From NCBI GenBank assembly GCA_021604565.1, contig BQJF01000012.1, forward strand, positions 6,429 through 70,428: a DNA stretch of 64,000 bases. Direction: 5' to 3'. How positions within the stretch are numbered: position 1 is the stretch's first letter; every line of letters starts with the position of its first letter. The DNA comes from Minwuia thermotolerans. Lineage in GTDB: Bacteria; Pseudomonadota; Alphaproteobacteria; Minwuiales; Minwuiaceae. Shown piece after piece: positions 58,158 to 64,000 of the stretch. Both the position numbers and the translations under genes were made by a program. The notes under the pieces were generated by a model. That model was not told where the DNA came from. It saw nothing but the letters and a program-made list of their open reading frames with translations, and did not search any database.

Positions 58158-58745
58158 TCAGGCAAGCAGCTCCGACGCCGTCACCACACTTCGGGCAATG
58201 TCGGCAATCTTCTTCTTCTCGTTCATCGCGGTGCGCCGCAGCAACGAATAGGCGGCCGGTTCATCGACGCCCTTGCTGCGCATCAGTATCCCTTTCGCCC
58301 GCTCGATCACCTTGCGGTCTTCCAGCGCGCCCTTCGTTTCCTCAAGCTCCTTCCGCAGGCGGGAGAAGGCGTTGAAGCGACTGATCGCCATATCGACGAT
58401 GGACCGGACACGGGACTGCACCAGACCATCGACGATATAGGCCGAAACGCCCGCCTCGATGGCCTGGTCGATCATCGCCCGGTCGGAATGGTCCACGAAC
58501 ATGGCAATCGGGCGTCGCACATCGCGGCTCACCTGGAACATCTGCTCCAGCACGTCACGGCTGTGATCCTCCAGATCGATCACGATGACATCCGGATCCA
58601 GGGCAAAAATTCGCCGCTGCAGGTCAAATGTATCGGTGATCAGGTGCGCATCCACCTCACCCGCGCCTGCCAGCCCATCCACCAGAATGGCCGCACGCAC
58701 GGGATTGCTGTCGATGACCGCTACTTTGAGGGGCGCTTTTTGCAT
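58158..58745 (-). CDS. nasT: ANTAR response regulator NasT
   Basis: Receiver-like N-terminus (DPDVIVIDL, RPIAMFVD, AGVSAYIVDGL) plus ANTAR domain RKVIERAKGILM..EPAAYSLLRRTAMN; start at ATG 58745. Confidence 0.93.
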   Translation of the reverse strand: MQKAPLKVAVIDSNPVRAAILVDGLAGAGEVDAHLITDTFDLQRRIFALDPDVIVIDLEDHSRDVLEQMFQVSRDVRRPIAMFVDHSDRAMIDQAIEAGVSAYIVDGLVQSRVRSIVDMAISRFNAFSRLRKELEETKGALEDRKVIERAKGILMRSKGVDEPAAYSLLRRTAMNEKKKIADIARSVVTASELLA

Positions 58746-58873
58746 TGCAGCAAAAGAATGCCGCGATGCACAATAATCCGTCAAGCCGTTTGCGTCGGGG
58801 CGCCGCTTCCGGGGGCCGGGAAACCGGGCCGGAATTAGCCATTTGTTCACGGTCGCCTGCAATGCTGCAAGGT

Positions 58874-59545
58874 ATGCGCATTCCCTTGCCATCCCTGCCC
58901 CTTGCCGTACTGCGCGCCCGCCGCCGCCAGGGTGGATTCACGCTGGTGGAACTGATGGTCAGCGTATCGATCATCGGCATCCTGATGGCCATCGGCATCC
59001 CGCACTTCCGCCTCTACATCCTGGAATCACGCCTGGAAGGCGCGATCCCCTACCTGACCCAGATCCAGGCCCGGCAGCGCATCCACAAGCTGAGCAACGG
59101 CAAGTACTGCTGCGACACCGGCGGCCTTGGCGAGAAGAATCTGGAAGAGAAACTGGGGCTGAGCATCGAGGAGACGGGCGATTTCTGCTTCGTCTTCATC
59201 TGCACCGACAGCGATCTTTGCGAGGCGACCAGCGCCGCTGGCTTCATCTCCGCCGCCGAGACTGGCGATCCGACGCCGGAGTTCGAGGTCTGGGCAGTCC
59301 TGCGACAGACGACAGGTCTCGACGTGAGCGGCCCGAATTCTTCGACCTGCACTCCACACAACGAGAAGAGGGGGCCGGAAGGCTGGGTCGCCGTCAGCAC
59401 CTCATCGGAGGAGGGTCGGCAGGGCCAGGCCGTCGTGCTGCGCTATCCCGCACCAGTCAACGGCCTGGATTCAGTGACGAGCGCACGCGGGATCAAGCAT
59501 GTCTGGAACGGGGGCTTGAGTCTGACCGATGCCATGCGCCCCTGA
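58874..59545 (+). CDS. Type IV pilin-like protein (major/PilE-like)
   Basis: Class III signal RRRQGG|FTLVELMVSVSIIGILMAIGIPHF; Cys-rich globular part; start 58874 or 58862. Confidence 0.85.
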   Translation: MRIPLPSLPLAVLRARRRQGGFTLVELMVSVSIIGILMAIGIPHFRLYILESRLEGAIPYLTQIQARQRIHKLSNGKYCCDTGGLGEKNLEEKLGLSIEETGDFCFVFICTDSDLCEATSAAGFISAAETGDPTPEFEVWAVLRQTTGLDVSGPNSSTCTPHNEKRGPEGWVAVSTSSEEGRQGQAVVLRYPAPVNGLDSVTSARGIKHVWNGGLSLTDAMRP

Positions 59546-60221
59546 CACAGCAAGGTCGACTGACGCCGCCGCCCGCCAGGCCGGGTTCACCCTGGTGGAG
59601 GTTATGGCGGCCGGGGTGATTCTCTCCGTACTGGCTCTGGGCCTTGCCCACATGTGGGCCGCCGTGGGGGCGCAGTCGATTGATCTTACCGTTCGCCAGA
59701 AGGCGGTTCTGGTCCTCAATGGAGAGATGGAGCGGCTCAGCAGCCTGTATTTCTTCACCGGCTTCGGCGCAATCACGTCGACGGATACCAGCGGTTACGA
59801 CACGCCGACCGGTTTCGTCGATGACCGTGTCATCTATCGCAGCGCCACGAATGCATTCATGGCGACTGGCGGCGACGCCTTCGTTGTCGATCAGGCGACA
59901 TTCCTGGCCGGGGCGGACTCACTGGTGCTGCTGCAGGATGCCGTGGGCACATCCGATGACCGCAACTTTGTCTGGATCGACCGGGAGCGCAACATCGTCG
60001 GGCGTCTGAGCTGGGTCGAGGAGGACGTCGCCAAGCAGAGGACCTGCGACGGCCAGGACTGCTTGTGCTTTGACTGGGCCGGGGGGCCCGGTGGCACCGA
60101 ATGCCGGGAGGTCACACTGTATCTGGAGTTTCCGTTCCGCATGACGGCAACGGGACCGGCGGAGATGGATCAGCCAACCCTGATCATGCCACTGAAGACC
60201 GTGGTGGGGCGCTGGCGATGA
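59529..60221 (+). CDS. Minor pilin-like protein (PilV/GspI position)
   Basis: RQAG|FTLVEVMAAGVILSVLALGL. Confidence 0.8.
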   Translation: MPCAPDTARSTDAAARQAGFTLVEVMAAGVILSVLALGLAHMWAAVGAQSIDLTVRQKAVLVLNGEMERLSSLYFFTGFGAITSTDTSGYDTPTGFVDDRVIYRSATNAFMATGGDAFVVDQATFLAGADSLVLLQDAVGTSDDRNFVWIDRERNIVGRLSWVEEDVAKQRTCDGQDCLCFDWAGGPGGTECREVTLYLEFPFRMTATGPAEMDQPTLIMPLKTVVGRWR

Positions 60222-60832
60222 GGCCTGACCGGAACGACACCCGAAAGCGTCGGGACCGTGGCTTCACCCTGCCGGAGATGGCCGTTGCCGGGGCGGTCAG
60301 CGCCTTCCTGATGCTGGCGGCCTACGAGCTGCTGCTGACAGGGGCGGAGTTCCAGGCAGAGGCAGAGAGCCGGATCCGACTGAACCAGCAAGCCCGTGCC
60401 AGCTTCGAGACGCTGATGAACGGCACCATCGTGAACGGCGGCATCGGAACCGATCTGACCAATCAGGTACAGGGCGTGCGCGGCCAGACAACCCTGCCGC
60501 TGACCGCCCTGCGCAATGACTACCGGTTGCGTCTGACCGACAATGGTCTGCAGCACGACGGCGACCAGGTGCCCGGCTTCACCGTCCAGTGTACCGGAGC
60601 CGGTGCGCCATTGCCCGACTGCACCGATGCCGACGACACGCAGACCGTGACCGGCTGGATCGCGACAGACCCGGACCTTTCCGACACCGCTCGCAGCGTG
60701 GACGGTCGTACGGTCGAGGCCGGTATCACAATCGTGGATCCCTGGCAGGTACAGCGCCCACGCGGTCGCCCGGCTGAAGCCGTGGAGACCTATCGCACCA
60801 TCATAACCCGGCGGTCGGAGGGCCTGTTGTGA
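60218..60832 (+). CDS. Minor pilin-like protein (PilW/GspJ position)
   Basis: RRDRG|FTLPEMAVAGAVSAFLMLAAYELL; ATG 60218 overlaps the previous stop. Confidence 0.8.
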   Translation: MRPDRNDTRKRRDRGFTLPEMAVAGAVSAFLMLAAYELLLTGAEFQAEAESRIRLNQQARASFETLMNGTIVNGGIGTDLTNQVQGVRGQTTLPLTALRNDYRLRLTDNGLQHDGDQVPGFTVQCTGAGAPLPDCTDADDTQTVTGWIATDPDLSDTARSVDGRTVEAGITIVDPWQVQRPRGRPAEAVETYRTIITRRSEGLL

Positions 60833-61455
60833 CGCCCCGAAGATCCCGAAACCAGCAACGCCAGTCCGGCTATGCCATCGCCGCCGTCAGCTTCATCGGC
60901 ATGATCGCGATGGCCGGGGCAGCGTCGATGCTGTCGACTGCGCCAGTCGCGGAAGTGGCGGAAATCGAGGAAAACCTGTTGCAGGTCCGTGGTCACTGGG
61001 CATCGGTCGGCATGTTCACCTATGCCATCAGCCGGGGACGACAGGATGGCGCCTGTCCGGGTCTGTGCCTGCTGGGCGACGCCACCCGGGTCGGCAGCTA
61101 TCAGGACTATGTCGAGGAAATCTACAACGCCAAGAACAAGAACCTGACGACGAACAACCCCTCATCCATGCGTTGGACCTACGATGAGATCAATGACGAC
61201 TACCATGTCCAGCTAACCTCCACTGTCAGCGACCTGAGTCTGTTGCTCCTGGATGGCAAACTGCTGTTCGAGACCGAACTCGACGACTTCGGGGACTTCT
61301 TCGATGCCAAGAGAGCCGGCATCATATCGGCACAGACCCGTGCCGAATTCTGTACCGGGCTGGCGATTGCCAATGCCGCCTGCCTGACCACGATACTCAA
61401 CCTGAACAACAGCGGCATTGCCCGCGTTCAGGACTTCCGGATACTCCGCCCATGA
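60829..61455 (+). CDS. Atypical pilin-like protein lacking Glu5 (PilX/GspK position)
   Basis: QRQSG|YAIAAVSFIGMIAMAGAASML; basic leader and hydrophobic helix, no E5. Confidence 0.6.
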   Translation: MTPRRSRNQQRQSGYAIAAVSFIGMIAMAGAASMLSTAPVAEVAEIEENLLQVRGHWASVGMFTYAISRGRQDGACPGLCLLGDATRVGSYQDYVEEIYNAKNKNLTTNNPSSMRWTYDEINDDYHVQLTSTVSDLSLLLLDGKLLFETELDDFGDFFDAKRAGIISAQTRAEFCTGLAIANAACLTTILNLNNSGIARVQDFRILRP

Positions 61456-61820
61456 CGGAGAACGTCTTCGCACGCACCCAGGTCGCCGCCCGGACAGCCG
61501 CAACCAGGCCAGCGTCGCCGCGTGGAGCGGAACAGCGAACCGCACGGCGCTATTTCGTTGATGATCCGGCCCTCGTGATCGTCGGCAAGCGCGCGCTGAC
61601 CTGCAAGCTCTGCGACATCTCCTTTGGTGGCGCGATGCTGGAGGGACGCCTGCCATTGAAGATCGACGAACAGTTCCACCTCATGATCCTCGACCTGCCG
61701 GAGTTGCTCTGCCGGGTGGCCCATGTCGGCGAAGGGTATCTCGGCGTCAGCTTTCTGAACGGCAAGGAACTGCATCATGATCTGGGGGAATGGATCCGAA
61801 ACCGGTGCCTGACCCAATGA
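61452..61820 (+). CDS. Stand-alone PilZ-domain protein
   Basis: RTARR (RxxxR) and DISFGG (DxSxGG) motifs. Confidence 0.85.
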   Translation: MTENVFARTQVAARTAATRPASPRGAEQRTARRYFVDDPALVIVGKRALTCKLCDISFGGAMLEGRLPLKIDEQFHLMILDLPELLCRVAHVGEGYLGVSFLNGKELHHDLGEWIRNRCLTQ

Positions 61821-62623
61821 CCGCACTTGGCCAGTTGCTCACACAGGAACCCTGGCTCGCCACGGGCCTTGCCGTTGTTCTGGGGCTGCTGCTGGGCAGC
61901 TTCCTGAATGTCGTCGTCGGTCGCCTGCCTGCTGTGGCTCTGGCCCCCGAGCGGGCGGACGAGTGGCCGGGACTGCTGGTCCGACCCGGTTCCCATTGCC
62001 CGCACTGCCACAATGCCATCCGCTGGCACCATAACCTGCCCCTGCTGGGATGGCTGTTGCTGCGTGGCCGCTGTCATGACTGCAACGCAGCAATACCTGT
62101 GCGCTATCCGCTGCTGGAACTGGCCGGTGGCGTGCTGCTGGGGGTGAGTGTCCACTGGCATGGACCAGATCTGGCGGCACTGGCCATCGGCCTGTTCCTG
62201 CTGGCATTGCTGGCACTGGCCGCGATCGATCTGGAACATCAGATCCTGCCCGATCAGCTTGTCCTGCCCCTGCTCTGGTCCGGACTTCTTGTCAATGCAT
62301 TCAGCGTCCTGACATCACCACAGGATGCAATCCTGGGAGCCGCCGCGGGGTTCCTGTTGCTGACCGGCCTGCGTCTCGCCTATCGCGCCCTGCGCGGCAT
62401 CGACGGCATGGGACAGGGCGATGCGAAGCTGATCGCCGCCATTGGTGCCTGGCTGGGACTGCAGCCGACGATGACCACCCTGCTGATCGCCTTCGTGACC
62501 GGCAGTCTGGTGGCGCTGGTGCTGCATCTGATGCGTCGGCTGGAGCATCGCCAGTGCCTGCCCTTCGGCCCCGGAATCGCTCTTGGGGCGCTGGCGGCCA
62601 GCCTGGGCGTCAGCCTGTTCTGA
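61817..62623 (+). CDS. pilD: Prepilin peptidase / N-methyltransferase
   Basis: GSFLNVVVGRLP, SHCPHC, RGRCHDC, IDLEHQILPD, GMGQGDAKL, LPFGP. Confidence 0.93.
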   Translation: MTALGQLLTQEPWLATGLAVVLGLLLGSFLNVVVGRLPAVALAPERADEWPGLLVRPGSHCPHCHNAIRWHHNLPLLGWLLLRGRCHDCNAAIPVRYPLLELAGGVLLGVSVHWHGPDLAALAIGLFLLALLALAAIDLEHQILPDQLVLPLLWSGLLVNAFSVLTSPQDAILGAAAGFLLLTGLRLAYRALRGIDGMGQGDAKLIAAIGAWLGLQPTMTTLLIAFVTGSLVALVLHLMRRLEHRQCLPFGPGIALGALAASLGVSLF

Positions 62624-62629
62624 AACGGC

Positions 62630-63379
62630 CTATTCGGCGCGGGTGAGACTGGCCTGGCGGGCGGCACCGGGGCTGAAGTCCATCAGCACCCGTGAACTGA
62701 CCGGATGCTTGCCGTAGCGATACTCCATGCGCACGTAGTGCCTTACCTCCGGGCTGTACCACCAGCGCTCGAACCCCGTCCAGTTGGTCGCGGCATTGCG
62801 TGAGCGCATGACGATCACCCAGGTATCGAAGGTACCGGCGGGCACGGTGATGGTTTCCCGCCCCTCCAGAATCCACGACGTGCGATGCACGCGCGGCTGC
62901 TGGTTGGACGTGTACTCGCGGGTGAAGACAACGGGCCGGCGCATCTGCAATGTCAGGGCATCCGCCGCGTCGATGGAGCGAAACACCACCCAGCGGTGTG
63001 CCGTTGCCGACTGGGCCTCCTGCCTCAGAAATCCATGACGCGTGAACCATTGCCCCGGATCATCCAGCCGCTGGAACCGGGTGATGTCGCCGTCGACGCC
63101 CCTGACCTGCAAGCCATACCCGTCGCTGTACATCCAGCGATCACCGCGCACCCAGCGCGGGGCAGTGACAGCGGGACCCGAGAAATCCTCGACAACCGGG
63201 GTCGTCACCGGTTCCGGTTTTTCCGCGACCCTGGCGGCGGGAGCATCGGCACTAGCACTGGCACTGGCACTGGCACTGGTGGCCGGTTGCCCGGTTCCGG
63301 CATAGCGACCTTCCTGACAGGCCGAGAGCACAAGGCAGGCAATCAGCCCGACAGGCGCGAGCAGCAGTCTCTGTTTCAT
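62630..63379 (-). CDS. Hypothetical lipoprotein
   Basis: Lipobox LSA|C after MKQRLLLAPVGLIACLV; SA-rich linker; ETITVPAGTFDT and WWYSPEV segments. Confidence 0.7.
   Translation of the reverse strand: MKQRLLLAPVGLIACLVLSACQEGRYAGTGQPATSASASASASADAPAARVAEKPEPVTTPVVEDFSGPAVTAPRWVRGDRWMYSDGYGLQVRGVDGDITRFQRLDDPGQWFTRHGFLRQEAQSATAHRWVVFRSIDAADALTLQMRRPVVFTREYTSNQQPRVHRTSWILEGRETITVPAGTFDTWVIVMRSRNAATNWTGFERWWYSPEVRHYVRMEYRYGKHPVSSRVLMDFSPGAARQASLTRAE
63248..63277. repeat. In-frame hexamer tandem repeat (GGCACT)x5 encoding SASASASASA
   Basis: ggcact agcact ggcact ggcact ggcact, one mismatch. Confidence 0.8.
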
Positions 63380-63822
63380 TGTGTTTCCACCCATGCCTGT
63401 CGCACCGTCCGCCCCCGCGCATCCAGTTCATGTTCCAGCAACAGCGCGGGCAGCCATGCCTGCTGCATGGCAGAGGGACGGGTCATGCCGCGAATGATGA
63501 AGTTGCCGTTGTCAGCCTGCCATCCGGCCAGCAGCATGCGGCGATCCCTGTATGTCTGCGGCGCGATCACGCTGGCGTTGGCGAAGTCGGGGATACGGTT
63601 CACCCGGTTGTCGAAGGAGAGAAAGGCCTCGCGCAGCACCAGTTCATCGCGCTGCCCGACGGCCAGGGCCTCCACCGCCGACGCCAGCTCGCTGCGGAAG
63701 CCCGCAACATGGATCAGGCTGTAGTACAGTGGTCCGACCAGCGCGCCCGCCAGCAGCAGGACCGCCAGCAAGCGCGACGAGGCCACCACAAGCGCCCGCG
63801 ATGCACGGTAACGGCGCGCCAT
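63376..63822 (-). CDS. Hypothetical bitopic membrane protein
   Basis: N-terminal hydrophobic helix; start and stop overlap both neighbours. Confidence 0.6.
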   Translation of the reverse strand: MARRYRASRALVVASSRLLAVLLLAGALVGPLYYSLIHVAGFRSELASAVEALAVGQRDELVLREAFLSFDNRVNRIPDFANASVIAPQTYRDRRMLLAGWQADNGNFIIRGMTRPSAMQQAWLPALLLEHELDARGRTVRQAWVETQ

Positions 63823-64000
63823 TACTCATCTTCCTCCAGCGTCCGCATGACGTTCGGAAACGCACGCCCCTTGCCACCCATCAGCGCATCCGCTGCGGAC
63901 GAAAGGCGGCCGCGCTGCTTGCTGACGTAGGCTGTCGTGCCGGAGCGCTGCGCAATGTCCTGGGCGAAGGGTGCGCCCTCGTGCACCACCTTCGGCGTGA
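63822..64000 (-). CDS. C-terminal fragment of a probable secretin (GspD/PilQ family), partial
   Basis: Reads TPKVVHEGAPFAQDIAQRSG...MRTLEEDE*; TPKVV resembles the secretin-terminal ITP(R/K)(V/I)(V/I) motif; stop overlaps the next ATG. Confidence 0.4.
   Translation of the reverse strand, partial: TPKVVHEGAPFAQDIAQRSGTTAYVSKQRGRLSSAADALMGGKGRAFPNVMRTLEEDE

Noticed and set aside
14525-58745. Functional coupling of the nitrogen-rich glycan to nitrate assimilation by adjacency alone
   Set aside because: No shared regulatory motif found upstream of the glycan operon; adjacency is explained equally well by island insertion
58745-58873. Long N-terminal extensions of nasT (to 58892) and the first pilin (from 58745)
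   Set aside because: They would overlap head-to-head and cover the regulatory motifs; shorter starts fit the families

Overview
GC-rich alphaproteobacterial chromosomal segment (host class inferred from the xerD-aroK-aroB-corC neighbourhood, malyl-CoA lyase, nasTS and a PleC-like kinase). It has four blocks. (1) 1-13.6 kb: the end of a polysaccharide locus (WcaJ-type transferase, O-antigen ligase family), tRNA-Arg(CCG) and housekeeping genes. (2) 13.7-44.2 kb: a ~30 kb surface-glycan island headed by a divergent RfaH-like antiterminator / EPS-MarR pair with an ops-like motif. It encodes Wzm/Wzt plus a low-GC Wzy-like protein, ten glycosyltransferases, a WbpB/WbpD/WbpE-like diamino-uronate module, two paralogous amidotransferases with HisH/HisF, three methyltransferases and a carbamoyltransferase. 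(3) 44.2-58.7 kb, minus strand: assimilatory nitrate operon (nasT-nasS, nitrate ABC transporter, an uncharacterised triple-GAF protein, nirB-nirD-nasA-cysG). NtrC-like boxes, a sigma54-like promoter and two ANTAR dual-hairpin RNA elements are visible, one unexpectedly between nasT and nasS. (4) 58.9-64 kb: four divergent type IV pilin-like genes, a PilZ protein and a prepilin peptidase, converging on a probable secretin operon cut by the window edge. No IS, prophage, CRISPR or rRNA was seen. All family assignments come from motif recognition, not database searches.
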